This document shows positions 15,968-25,574 of a stretch of DNA of 27,810 nt, one piece after another. The DNA is from a virus (Duplodnaviria > Caudoviricetes): the IMG/VR virus record IMGVR_UViG_3300017700_000395, positions 1-27,810 of that record; one strand, given 5' to 3'. The notes beneath the pieces were generated by a model. That model was not told the DNA's origin. It saw only the letters and a list, made by a program, of their open reading frames with translations, and ran no database searches. The first letter of the stretch is position 1. Each line of letters opens with the position of its first letter. The position numbers and the translations under genes were made by a program.

Positions 15968-16832
15968 CCCCGTCCAACTGGCCAACGCTCAGGGCGCGGC
16001 GAACACCCGCACGGCTCAAGAGCAACAGCGGCTAAACATGGTCAACACCAGCGGGCCGCAAGGCTCCGTTCGGTATGTGGCCGACCCGTCTGCGCCCGGC
16101 GGGTACCGTCAAGAGACGATGCTTTCTCCCGGTGAGCAGCAGAACTATGACCGCTCAACGTCGGTGTATGGTGGTGCGCTGGATACGGCGGGGCAGCAGC
16201 TTGGCCGCGTGAATGACGCGCTAGGCCAAGGCTTGAACACTGAGGGCCTTCCGGGTCTGCAAGGATTCAACGCGCCCGACTTTGACCGTCAACGGTTTGA
16301 GGACTCGGTCTATGATAGTCAGACACGCCGACTGGACCCGCAGTTTGAACGGGCGGAACGGTCTCAAGATGCACGTTTGGCCGCTCAAGGTCTTGGCGCG
16401 AATAGCGAAGCAACACGCAATCTGCGACAGGATTTTGCTAGAGACCGGAATGACGCTTACGGTGACGCACGCTCCCGCGCCATTCAGGCCGGTGGTGATG
16501 AGCAATCTCGCGCGATTCAGCAGGCTATTGCCGGTGGGACATTCGGTAATCAGGCGCGGACGCAGGGCCTTCAAGAGCGGGCGTATATCCAAAACCAGCC
16601 GCTTGCCCAACTGCAAGCCCTGCTAGGCACGGGTCAAGTCGGTATGCCGCAGGGTATCCAATACACCCCGACAGCGGTAGGCCAGACGGATGTTCTGGGC
16701 GCTAACGCGATGAGCCTGAATCAGCAGAACCAAAACTATCAGTCGAGGGTCAATCAGCAACAGGGCCTTATGAGCGGTCTGTTCTCGCTCGGCTCGGCTG
16801 GCCTTGGCGCTTGGGGACTGAGAGGGAACTAA
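15936..16832 (+). CDS. Probable internal virion / DNA ejection protein 1
   Basis: AAGGAG RBS, GTG start; K..PP.APDP...A.AQ N-terminus, Q/A/G-rich body, Gly-rich amphipathic C-terminus; position after the GNAT. Confidence 0.7.
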   Translation: MSKPRPPAAPDPVQLANAQGAANTRTAQEQQRLNMVNTSGPQGSVRYVADPSAPGGYRQETMLSPGEQQNYDRSTSVYGGALDTAGQQLGRVNDALGQGLNTEGLPGLQGFNAPDFDRQRFEDSVYDSQTRRLDPQFERAERSQDARLAAQGLGANSEATRNLRQDFARDRNDAYGDARSRAIQAGGDEQSRAIQQAIAGGTFGNQARTQGLQERAYIQNQPLAQLQALLGTGQVGMPQGIQYTPTAVGQTDVLGANAMSLNQQNQNYQSRVNQQQGLMSGLFSLGSAGLGAWGLRGN

Positions 16833-18196
16833 TGGCCCGCGCTCCCATGCCCGCACCGCAACCGCTTGAAAGCCCGGCTATTCGCCGTTCGGCTATGCTT
16901 GCCAAACTGCTGGAAGAACAACGCCAACCGACCCAAATCACGGGTGGTTATGGCGAGCTTGCGGCCCGCTTGCTTGGTCAAGGCATTACGCAGTTTGGGG
17001 CTAACCGGGCTGATCGTCAGGTTCGGGAAGAGCGCGCGGCGCAGATGGATTCGCAGCGTGATACGCTCTTGGCTGGCCTCCCGCCTCTTCCTTCGGCTTC
17101 TCCCGCACCGGGCGCGGCCTTGGCTGACGTTCTGGTCCCGCCTCCGGTGACCAACACGCAGATTCCCCAAGCCGCTCCGATTGCTCCGGCTGCGGAGGTT
17201 CAAGGCGCACCGCTCCCGCCTCAAGGCGCTATGCCCGCTCCCGCGCCTATGTCAGCCCCTCAACCGTCTAATCCGCTTGGCGCGACGCCGGGAGAACTCG
17301 CCGCCATTAGAGAGGCGGCTACTAGCGGTGACGCAGGCCAACTGGCGTGGGCGCAACAAGAGTGGGCCACGATCAGGCAGCGGATGAACAATCCCGCCGC
17401 CGAACGTCAAGAAATCCAGATGGTCAACGGTGTTCCACACTACATTGACCCCGCTGGGGTATCGCCCCCGAGACCGGTGTTCGCTGACGGAATCCCCGAG
17501 ATTGCGCGGACAAGAGACGAGTTCAACCCGCAAGGAACGCGGGCGGGAACGCTTGGCCAGCGCGACCCGACCGGACGCTTGAGCATCATCGACGAACCGC
17601 CGGAAGGTTTCGAGGCTGCGGGCGGTCGTTTGCAGCCTATTGCGGGGGGTCCGCAAGATCAGGCGGCGGGCGGAAACGCCATCACCAATGAGCGTAACCT
17701 ACGCCGTGAGTTTGACACGCTGACGGCTGATTACCGAGAGGCGCGTTCGGGTCTGGCCAAGGTTGAGGCGGCAGCTAACGACCGTTCGGGCGCGTCCGAT
17801 GTTGCGTTGATCTTCGGTTTTATGAAGACGCTTGACCCCGGCTCGGTTGTTCGAGAGGGCGAGTTCGCCACGGCGTCCAATACGGCGGGCATTCCTGACC
17901 GTGTCGTGCAACTCTATAACCGCGCGCTTTCCGGTGAGCGGCTTTCGCCTGACCAGCGCGTAGAGTTTGCAAACACGGCCCGTAGTCAGTTTGCGACATA
18001 CGAGCAAAGCTATCAGAACCGCGTCAGCGACTTTGTCGGCATGGCTGAACAATACGGCTTGCAGCCGTCTAACGTCGTGGGGACAAGCCAGTCGCCGCGC
18101 CGTCGTCCTGCGCCGCAACAAAACCGCCTGCGTCCGACTGCACCGCGCCGCTCTGGCAATGTCCCCCCTCCCCCTCCCGGCTTTGAGTTGGATTAA
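16832..18196 (+). CDS. Probable DNA ejection protein 2
   Basis: TAATG-coupled start; Pro/Ala-rich linker, conserved-looking DVALIFGFMKTLDPGSVVREGEFA block, C-terminal PPPPGFELD. Confidence 0.7.
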   Translation: MARAPMPAPQPLESPAIRRSAMLAKLLEEQRQPTQITGGYGELAARLLGQGITQFGANRADRQVREERAAQMDSQRDTLLAGLPPLPSASPAPGAALADVLVPPPVTNTQIPQAAPIAPAAEVQGAPLPPQGAMPAPAPMSAPQPSNPLGATPGELAAIREAATSGDAGQLAWAQQEWATIRQRMNNPAAERQEIQMVNGVPHYIDPAGVSPPRPVFADGIPEIARTRDEFNPQGTRAGTLGQRDPTGRLSIIDEPPEGFEAAGGRLQPIAGGPQDQAAGGNAITNERNLRREFDTLTADYREARSGLAKVEAAANDRSGASDVALIFGFMKTLDPGSVVREGEFATASNTAGIPDRVVQLYNRALSGERLSPDQRVEFANTARSQFATYEQSYQNRVSDFVGMAEQYGLQPSNVVGTSQSPRRRPAPQQNRLRPTAPRRSGNVPPPPPGFELD

Positions 18197-20851
18197 ATGC
18201 CGCAAGAGGTAACAGCCACGAACCCTGCGACCGGAGAGACGCTTGTTCTCCGGGATGGCGCTTGGGTGCCTCTGGACGCGCCGCCAGAGGCTGCTCCGAC
18301 CGCCACGAACGCAGCGGGCGAAACTGTCGTGTTTGAGAACGGCGAGTGGATTCCGTTGGGCGATGCTGGCGATAACGGCATCTATCCCGAAATGCGCCCC
18401 GGTGCGACACAATCCAATCCGATTGACCTAAACGCGCGGCCCTCGGCTGACATGCTCCGCAAAGGCGCTTGGGTCGTCAATCGCGAGGGAGCCGTCTATC
18501 AACTGCCAAACGACGCGCAAAACGCTCCGACGCGGCTTGGCGATGTTGAGGAGTCGCCCGGTGTTTATACCCGCCCGCTATCCGCTGTTGAAGACGTAGT
18601 TAAATCCTTCCCGACTGGCGTTGTCGAGGGCTTGACTGGCCTTGCTGGAATGCAGGGAACGATTGGCCAGATGCTTGGCGGCGAGGTTGGCCAGAACCTT
18701 CCGGGCTTCGGCATCGTTGGCCCGACAGGCGAGCAACTGAATGACCAAATCCGCGAGGGCTTGGGCCGTGACTATTACCAGCCGCAGGGCATCGCGGGGG
18801 AATACTCGCGCACGGCTGGCGAGTTCCTTCCCGGTGTGGTCGCGCCCGGTGGCGTCGGTGCGAAACTCGCGTCGTGGCTTGTGCCTGCGGTGGCGAGCGA
18901 GACGGCTGGACAAGGTGCGCGGGCGCTTGAGGGCGGCGAGCGAGGGACCACGGCGGAAACGCTCGCGCGACTTGTCGGCGGCATCGGTGGCGGTCTTGGC
19001 GTTGGCGGCGTCAATGCCGTTCGTTCCGGCGGCGACAACGTTCTTAGGGGCGCTGCGGAAGGCGTGACGCCCGATCAACTAGCAATGGCCGCTGCGTTGC
19101 GTTCGCGCTCGCCTATCCCGCTGACCAATGCGGAGGCTCTGCAACAAGTGACGGGCGGCGCTACCGGCATGGGCCGCGTTCAACGGGTTGTGGAGGGCGC
19201 TAGTCCGCGTCTTGCCCCCATGATGGCCGCTCGTCCCGCTCGCGTTGAGCAGGCTATCGGCGGCGTTCTGGACCAGATCGGCCCTAGCGTTGAGCCGTCC
19301 AGACTTGCGCCACAAGTTCGTGAGGCGTCGGGAGGCGTTCTCAACACCCTTCGCCGTCGCGCGAATGAGGATGCGGGGCCGTTCTATCGCAACCTGCCGG
19401 GTCAATCGCTCCCGCCTGAACAGTTCCAACAACTGACGGAAAATCCGTCGTTTGCCGCCGCCCTTCGCGCCGTTCGGGGTGACGAGGAACTTGCGCCGCT
19501 TCTCGCCCCCCGGTCTCCTCCGCAAAGAGGCGTGTCGTTAGAGGGCCGCAGGCTTCCGTCGTCCAACTCGCTTGTTCTCCCTGATGCGCCAACACCTGAG
19601 CAAATGCGGGCGGCAAGCCGCATAGAGCGGGTTCCGCTGGCTAGTGCCCGCCGAACGCAAAACAACATGGACTGGGAACGTTTTGACCGGGGAGACTCGC
19701 CGGGCGAACTAGTCGCAGGCTTTGGTGACAGGCCGGTGGCTGTACGGCGAGAGGACGGCGAGTATCTGATTTTCGATGGCAATCACCGCACGGTTCGCGC
19801 TGCCGAGGGTGGCGCTGATGATTTGGAAATGTATGTTATCGACGCGAAGGATTACGCGCCAGACATGGCGGGCCGTCCCGCAACAACCTCTCCGCCGGTG
19901 TATAACCGCCAAGAAATAGACGACTTGGCGGCAGAACTTGGCGGGATGTATCCCAATCCCGACAATGACCTTAACGTCATCAATGAGGTTGTGAAGCAGC
20001 TCGATACGATGGCGGATGAAGCTGCGCCTAACTCCATGCGGGTGGGTGGTAGCAACACGCGGGCGGCTCAACGTCGGGAGGCTCAGGCCCTTGCGGACGC
20101 CTTGGCTCGCGAAGCGTCGCCCGATTACGGCATGGCGCGGGATACGGTGCGCGGTATCAATGAAGCGTTCATTGACCCGCTTAAGGCAGGTCCGATTGGC
20201 GCGCTTGCTGATACGTCGGAGGCCGCGCCGAACCTTGGGGCTATGACTAGCCGCTTGTTCCCCTCGCAACCGTTTGAAGGCCAAGCTGCCGAAACCGCTC
20301 AAGCTCTCCGGCTGATGGGTGAAGTTGACCCCGCTGTTCCGGGGCCGCTGGTCCGTCAGTTTCTCGCTCAACAAGCGGCGGAAGCGGGACAGTCCAACAT
20401 CGGCGGGGCTAATCCGTTTGGAGGGGCCAAGTTCGCGGCTCAGACGTTCGGCAACCCGCTTCAGCGGGATACAGTGCTTGGTGGTGTGGACGCAGCCGCG
20501 CCGATGGCGTCACGCGATATTCGCGATCTGGTCGAGGCCCTTGCGGCTACCGGACAGCGTGAGCCTGCTGGGTCTAACACGTCGTTCAATACCCAAATGC
20601 TGCAAGACCTTCGCGGCGGCAACGCGGCGGGCGGCTTGGCGCAAGGCATCACAAACCCGCTCGGCATCCCCGGAAAGGTTGCGGGCATGGTTGATGATTG
20701 GACTGCTCGACGCAACGCGGAAACGCTGGCGGACCTTCTTGTCGCCAACTCTGATGAATTCAACGCACGGCTGACCCGTGCAATCAATCGTCCCCGAGGC
20801 GCTAACCGCATCCGTGCGGGCGCGGCTATCGGCGCTGGACAGGAGGACTAA
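18197..20851 (+). CDS. Probable large DNA ejection protein 3 with an inserted ParB/Srx-like domain
   Basis: 884 aa, Ala/Gly-rich with hydrophobic Gly-rich segments; third of a trio before the tail fibre; internal PVAV...YLIFDGNHR motif. Confidence 0.72.
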   Translation: MPQEVTATNPATGETLVLRDGAWVPLDAPPEAAPTATNAAGETVVFENGEWIPLGDAGDNGIYPEMRPGATQSNPIDLNARPSADMLRKGAWVVNREGAVYQLPNDAQNAPTRLGDVEESPGVYTRPLSAVEDVVKSFPTGVVEGLTGLAGMQGTIGQMLGGEVGQNLPGFGIVGPTGEQLNDQIREGLGRDYYQPQGIAGEYSRTAGEFLPGVVAPGGVGAKLASWLVPAVASETAGQGARALEGGERGTTAETLARLVGGIGGGLGVGGVNAVRSGGDNVLRGAAEGVTPDQLAMAAALRSRSPIPLTNAEALQQVTGGATGMGRVQRVVEGASPRLAPMMAARPARVEQAIGGVLDQIGPSVEPSRLAPQVREASGGVLNTLRRRANEDAGPFYRNLPGQSLPPEQFQQLTENPSFAAALRAVRGDEELAPLLAPRSPPQRGVSLEGRRLPSSNSLVLPDAPTPEQMRAASRIERVPLASARRTQNNMDWERFDRGDSPGELVAGFGDRPVAVRREDGEYLIFDGNHRTVRAAEGGADDLEMYVIDAKDYAPDMAGRPATTSPPVYNRQEIDDLAAELGGMYPNPDNDLNVINEVVKQLDTMADEAAPNSMRVGGSNTRAAQRREAQALADALAREASPDYGMARDTVRGINEAFIDPLKAGPIGALADTSEAAPNLGAMTSRLFPSQPFEGQAAETAQALRLMGEVDPAVPGPLVRQFLAQQAAEAGQSNIGGANPFGGAKFAAQTFGNPLQRDTVLGGVDAAAPMASRDIRDLVEALAATGQREPAGSNTSFNTQMLQDLRGGNAAGGLAQGITNPLGIPGKVAGMVDDWTARRNAETLADLLVANSDEFNARLTRAINRPRGANRIRAGAAIGAGQED

Positions 20852-20858
20852 TACAACC

Positions 20859-21899
20859 ATGCCGCGCAACGGGTCTGGGAGCTACACGCCCCCCTCAAAC
20901 ACTTGGAACCCTGCAACGCCTGACACGGCTATCTTGTCGGACGACTGGAACTCCACGCTTTCGGATATGTCCACGGCGATCAGCCAATCGCTTGCCAGCG
21001 ACGGACAGACCACGGCGTCAACGGTCATTCCGTTCGCTCAAGGCATCACCGTCTCTGACGGCCTGCTGGCCACCCCGTCTATTGCGGCGATCAGCGACCC
21101 TAACACGGGCGTTTATTTCCCTGCTGCTGACCAGATCGCGATTGTGGTTGGTGGGGTGGCGGTGATTACCTCTACGTCTAGCACGGTCACCTTCCCGGTT
21201 GGCGTCAGTTTCTCCGGCTCGCCGTCGATCACGGGCAACCTTACCCTGACGGGTAACCTGACGGTCAACGGTAACAGCACGATTGGCAACGCTCCGGGTG
21301 ACACCCTGACGGTTGCGGCAACGGGTACATTCACCGGAAACCAGACGTTCTCTGGAACCATCACGGTTCCTGACGCGTCGTTTTCCAACGCCAAGCTGGC
21401 GACGGTGGCCACCGCCCGTCTCAAGGGTCGCGTCACGGCTGGAACGGGCGCTGTAGAAGACCTGACGGGAACGCAGGCGACGACCCTGATAGACGCGGTT
21501 GTGGGTGCTACGCAGTCGGTCGCGGGGACTAAGGGTGCTGTCCCTGCCGCCGCAGCGGGCGATCAGTATAAGGTGCTGACGGGCGCGGGGACGTTCCAAA
21601 ACGGGCCGGGCCGCTCATTTGGGTGCATTATCACCTCGACTAGCGTGAACGGGTCAACACCAACCATTGATGTTGCTTGGAACGTCGCCAGTATTTCCAA
21701 CGTCACAGAGGCTGCGGGTTTGGCCTATGCAGATTTGACGTTCACCAACGCCTTGCCCTCAATGTCTTACGCTGTAAACTGCACTCAAAAGAACTACACG
21801 GCGGCTGCGGCTTCTTACGACAACACCGCAACCGGATCAGTTCGCATCTATTGGAACACGGTTAATCCGGCGGTAATCTCGGTTTCTGGATACGCATAA
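20859..21899 (+). CDS. Tail fibre / tail appendage protein
   Basis: AGGAGG RBS then MPRNGSGSY.PP...N.TL.D...AIS.SL..DGQ N-terminus; PSI....DPNTG.Y.P.ADQIA; GNLTLTGNLTVNG beta repeats. Confidence 0.8.
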   Translation: MPRNGSGSYTPPSNTWNPATPDTAILSDDWNSTLSDMSTAISQSLASDGQTTASTVIPFAQGITVSDGLLATPSIAAISDPNTGVYFPAADQIAIVVGGVAVITSTSSTVTFPVGVSFSGSPSITGNLTLTGNLTVNGNSTIGNAPGDTLTVAATGTFTGNQTFSGTITVPDASFSNAKLATVATARLKGRVTAGTGAVEDLTGTQATTLIDAVVGATQSVAGTKGAVPAAAAGDQYKVLTGAGTFQNGPGRSFGCIITSTSVNGSTPTIDVAWNVASISNVTEAAGLAYADLTFTNALPSMSYAVNCTQKNYTAAAASYDNTATGSVRIYWNTVNPAVISVSGYA

Positions 21900-23806
21900 T
21901 GGCCCTCATTCCCCGCAAGACCTATCCTGAGCTTACCGCGCTAACCGCTCCCGTTGTGGATGCGGACGTTCTGGCGCTGTACCGGACGCCGGGGCCGCTT
22001 CGCCGCACGACGGCAGGAACCTTGCTGGCCTACATTCAGGCCGGTTTCGGCACGTCTGCGGGTTCGTCCTATGTCGGGTTTTTGCAGGCGGGGACCGGCG
22101 CGGTTCTGACGACGGCCCAAACCAAACTGCGGCAAGCGCCTGTCCAGCCCAACTCCGGTGAGTTTGGAGCGTTCACCACCCCCACGGTGACGACCGCTAC
22201 CCTTCTTCGGGCTTTCACGGCTGCGATGCTGGATGGCCGGGCCGTGGAGCTTTCCGGCGCTTATACTATCGACGGCCCGATCACGCCCGCCTCGGCGGTG
22301 AACGGAGCGGAACTGCATATCATCCTTCGTGATGACGTGACGATCACCGTTGACGCCGGTTCAACGCCGTTTAACCGCGTGTTCTACGCCGAAAGCACTA
22401 CGGTCCGAAGCCATAGCATCTCGGGCGGTGGAACCCTTACGATCGACTGCAACGACAAGGCGGCGGCGGGCGTTTGGCTGCGCCATACTGCTGACGAGAA
22501 GGGCGGAACGGTTGTTCTGAGCGCGCCGGTCACCGTCAAAAACCTTACCGGCACGGCTACCTTCACTGTCGCGGCAGGCATCATCGTTCTTGGCCGGTAC
22601 GCGCGGGTTATCATGCAATCCCCGACCGTGGAGGACGTGACCCGTTCCGACGCCTCGGGTGAGTGCAGCGGCATCACCACTTCGGGCGTTGAGGGCGCTG
22701 TCGAGATTTACTCGCCGGTTGTTCGCCGCGTCTATTACGGCCCCGGCTCGGGCGATGCGGATTGCATCAAGTGCTTCGGCTTCCTCGACGGCACCCCGCC
22801 GGGGAACGCCCAAAACCGCCGTCTCGGCTCGGTCCGCATCTATGGCCCGATCATGGAGGATGGCCAAGCGCGTCTCTATAAGGACCAGTGCGGCGACACG
22901 GTTGTTTATAGCCCGACGGTGCGGCGTTACGCGGCAAACGGTGTGTCTGGAACAAGCTCGGTGGACTTTGACTTCCAGTACGGCGGCGGCATCGTGCTGG
23001 ATGCGAACGTTGAGTATTATAAAAGCGGCGCGACTTCGCCGATCAGCGCCTCTCACAGCGTGTTCGCCTTCCAGCAAGTCGTTGACAATGCGGAGATGTA
23101 CGCCTGCGCCCGAAACACCACGATTGTCTCGGATGCGGCTATCCCGAGGATTGCGCTGGTTGTTGAGAGTGGAGACGCGTCGATCACCGAGATTGACGGC
23201 CTGAAAATGCTCCCCGCCGGTGGCCTCGCAACGACTATGATCACTGATTGCATCATGGAGGTTGACGCCGCTGAAGTGCTGGCCAAATCGACCACGACGC
23301 GCACGGTGGTTACGAACGTGTCCGCGCCGAACACAAACCCGGTGATTGGCTATCGCGGCTATGTAGGCTCCACGGCGACGGACTTTACGAGCAAGTGGAG
23401 CGTCAAGGTTGATAACTGCGCAACCTCTCTGGCCATCACCGGAGATGCTACGCGGGCAATCTCCGACATTGCGGACAACCGTATCAAGGCGTGGCAGTCG
23501 TTTGAGATTGGCGACAACCCCGGTTACCGTAACTGGTATCGGGCTATGGCGGTCTGCATCAAGCGTCTGAAGGCAGGGGCTAAAATGTCGCTCTTCCTTG
23601 ACGACTGCACGTTCGTTGACACGGACTACACGACGACGGTGTCTGTCCCTTGGGGTGTGACCGGAACGCTTGCGCTCAAGTGCGACGGGGTGACCAACAC
23701 GAACACCACGGCTAACGATGCGGTGGTGGTGGCGTATCTTGACGCCGGGACGCCTAACTCATGGTTTACGTTGGACGGCGGACTTAACTGGAGGACTGGA
23801 AACTAA
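21899..23806 (+). CDS. Tailspike / putative polysaccharide depolymerase (beta-helix-like)
   Basis: AGSSYVGFLQAGTGAV..T.Q.KLR linker typical of tailspikes, followed by a long V/I/T/G-rich beta region. Confidence 0.72.
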   Translation: MALIPRKTYPELTALTAPVVDADVLALYRTPGPLRRTTAGTLLAYIQAGFGTSAGSSYVGFLQAGTGAVLTTAQTKLRQAPVQPNSGEFGAFTTPTVTTATLLRAFTAAMLDGRAVELSGAYTIDGPITPASAVNGAELHIILRDDVTITVDAGSTPFNRVFYAESTTVRSHSISGGGTLTIDCNDKAAAGVWLRHTADEKGGTVVLSAPVTVKNLTGTATFTVAAGIIVLGRYARVIMQSPTVEDVTRSDASGECSGITTSGVEGAVEIYSPVVRRVYYGPGSGDADCIKCFGFLDGTPPGNAQNRRLGSVRIYGPIMEDGQARLYKDQCGDTVVYSPTVRRYAANGVSGTSSVDFDFQYGGGIVLDANVEYYKSGATSPISASHSVFAFQQVVDNAEMYACARNTTIVSDAAIPRIALVVESGDASITEIDGLKMLPAGGLATTMITDCIMEVDAAEVLAKSTTTRTVVTNVSAPNTNPVIGYRGYVGSTATDFTSKWSVKVDNCATSLAITGDATRAISDIADNRIKAWQSFEIGDNPGYRNWYRAMAVCIKRLKAGAKMSLFLDDCTFVDTDYTTTVSVPWGVTGTLALKCDGVTNTNTTANDAVVVAYLDAGTPNSWFTLDGGLNWRTGN

Positions 23807-24045
23807 TGACCGCTCAAGAGCATATCGACGCCATCGGGCGCGCTTTGATGAAATCGGAGGAGGCTGTCAAGGCTACCCGCAAGGCGCTCAAGCTGGTCGA
23901 GGAACATCACGCCATCCTTCACGCCCGGCTAGACAAGGCACAGAAAGCCTATGTGGCGTCGCGGGACGGTGACAACGTGGTGGCTTTCAGCGGAGGGAAC
24001 CCGAAGCCTCCAGTGGATGACCCTGACGAGCCTGTGAAGCCATGA
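23806..24045 (+). CDS. Hypothetical 79-aa protein, helical with C-terminal FSGGNPKPP...P tail
   Basis: TAATG and ATGA coupling; GGAGG upstream. Confidence 0.75.
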   Translation: MTAQEHIDAIGRALMKSEEAVKATRKALKLVEEHHAILHARLDKAQKAYVASRDGDNVVAFSGGNPKPPVDDPDEPVKP

Positions 24046-24539
24046 GCGCAGTCGTGCTTGGGTACACAACGGCGACGGCGACGGTCTTCCTGATCTGCTT
24101 TCTGGCCTATCGGTCCAAGCCGCAGAAATACGCGGACTTGATGGGCGTTAGCGCCATGATCGCGATGGTGTTTGCGGTCGGTAACCTGTTGCTGGCGATG
24201 TATCGCTTCCCCGACGCCTTGCTGGCCTTCCCGCTTCTCGATTTGACGTTAGCGGCGATGATCTATCGGGCATGGCAGAAAAACCGTGAGCCTTGGAAGG
24301 TGGTCATGGTCGGAAGCCTTGTCGTTCAGCTTATGTTGCACTTCGCGGCTATATCAATGTGGAAGACGGGGGCGCTGACCCAGCACGGCCTCTGGCTTTA
24401 TGTGGTTAGTATCAATGCGTTTTTCGTCGTTCAACTCGCTACCCTTGCAAGCGTCGGAGTGGGGCATGGGTTGGATTGTCTTCGCCGTTGGCTGTCTGAT
24501 CGCCGGGGTGTGGGTCTTGTGCCGGATGCTCGCCAGTGA
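24042..24539 (+). CDS. Polytopic membrane protein, about 5 TM helices
   Basis: Five hydrophobic stretches of about 20 aa separated by short charged loops; basic C-terminus. Confidence 0.8.
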   Translation: MSAVVLGYTTATATVFLICFLAYRSKPQKYADLMGVSAMIAMVFAVGNLLLAMYRFPDALLAFPLLDLTLAAMIYRAWQKNREPWKVVMVGSLVVQLMLHFAAISMWKTGALTQHGLWLYVVSINAFFVVQLATLASVGVGHGLDCLRRWLSDRRGVGLVPDARQ

Positions 24540-24724
24540 GCGGCCCGAGTCTGGAAGTCGTGGCGGAACGGGTCAGAACCCTGACGGAAGACGTAAAGGC
24601 CCTTGAGACCAAGATGGAAGCGGTGATGGCTACGCAGCGTTGGCAGATGGGCGCGGCGGTCGGGTTCGGAGTGGTGCTGACGTTGTTGCTTCCTAAGATT
24701 TCTCATGTGCTTGGACTTACATGA
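24536..24724 (+). CDS. Small coiled-coil plus TM protein of the lysis cassette (holin/antiholin-like)
   Basis: GTGA and ATGA overlaps; heptad VAERVRTLTEDVKALETKM then one TM segment. Confidence 0.6.
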   Translation: MSGPSLEVVAERVRTLTEDVKALETKMEAVMATQRWQMGAAVGFGVVLTLLLPKISHVLGLT

Positions 24725-25026
24725 CCGACACACCCGTTATCCCACGCGAGGTTCCGCCCATTCCTAAGTCGGAAATGGTCAAGAGTTTCATTGGCGACCT
24801 CGCTCGGCCCTTCGCCATCATCGCCCTTTCATACGCCGCGATGCGGGCAACTATCATCATAGCCCACAAGGTTGAGAACGGTAATGATGGGGCTATCTTT
24901 GCGGGGGCCTATTTTCTCGGGGTGGCGACTATCTTCGGGGCCAAGGCCGTAGAGGCTATCAACACTGCTCGCGCCCGCCGTGATGTGGACGTGGCGCAGG
25001 TCAACGCAGGAAATCCGACCACATGA
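24721..25026 (+). CDS. Probable holin, about 2 TM
   Basis: ARPFAIIAL... and AIFAGAYFLGVATIFG hydrophobic segments; directly before the endolysin. Confidence 0.65.
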   Translation: MTDTPVIPREVPPIPKSEMVKSFIGDLARPFAIIALSYAAMRATIIIAHKVENGNDGAIFAGAYFLGVATIFGAKAVEAINTARARRDVDVAQVNAGNPTT

Positions 25027-25574
25027 GCAAGGCTCTATTCGACGCTGTAAGGGCCATCAAGGGCGCTCCGCTGACGCAAGGAGACGTTGACGCCATAAAC
25101 GCGGCGCTGGTCCCTGTAGCGGCTCCTACGGGCAAACGGGTTAGCCCTGAAGGCATCGCACTCATTCACTCGTTTGAATCGTGCAAGCTGACGGCCTACC
25201 CCGACCCCGGCTCCGTTGACGGCAAGCCATGGACGATTGGCTGGGGGTCCACTGGTCCCGGCATCGCTAAGGGTGTCGTCTGGACGCAAGCTCAAGCCGA
25301 TGAACGGTTCGCGGCTGATCTGGCACGGTTTGAAAAGGCTGTGGCCTTGATGGCCCCTGTAACCACGCAAAGCCAGTTCGATGCGCTTGTGTCGTTTGCC
25401 TACAATGTCGGCTTGTCGGCACTGAATGACAGCACCCTTCTCAAGTTGCACAAGGCGGGAAACTACGTCGGCGCTAAGGACCAGTTCTCACGCTGGAACA
25501 AAAACGACGGCAAGGTGATGAACGGGCTGACGCGGCGTCGTGCTGCGGAAGCGGCCTTGTACGGGAAGGCGTGA
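25023..25574 (+). CDS. Endolysin, GH24 phage lysozyme
   Basis: GIALIHSFES.KL.AYPDP...WTIGWG catalytic E/D/T pattern, QFDALVSFAYNVG, STLLK, GLTRRR.AE..L. Confidence 0.95.
   Translation: MSKALFDAVRAIKGAPLTQGDVDAINAALVPVAAPTGKRVSPEGIALIHSFESCKLTAYPDPGSVDGKPWTIGWGSTGPGIAKGVVWTQAQADERFAADLARFEKAVALMAPVTTQSQFDALVSFAYNVGLSALNDSTLLKLHKAGNYVGAKDQFSRWNKNDGKVMNGLTRRRAAEAALYGKA

Noticed and set aside
19505-19958. Insertion in the ejection protein as an intein
   Set aside because: No terminal His-Asn followed by Cys/Ser/Thr and no splicing blocks seen.
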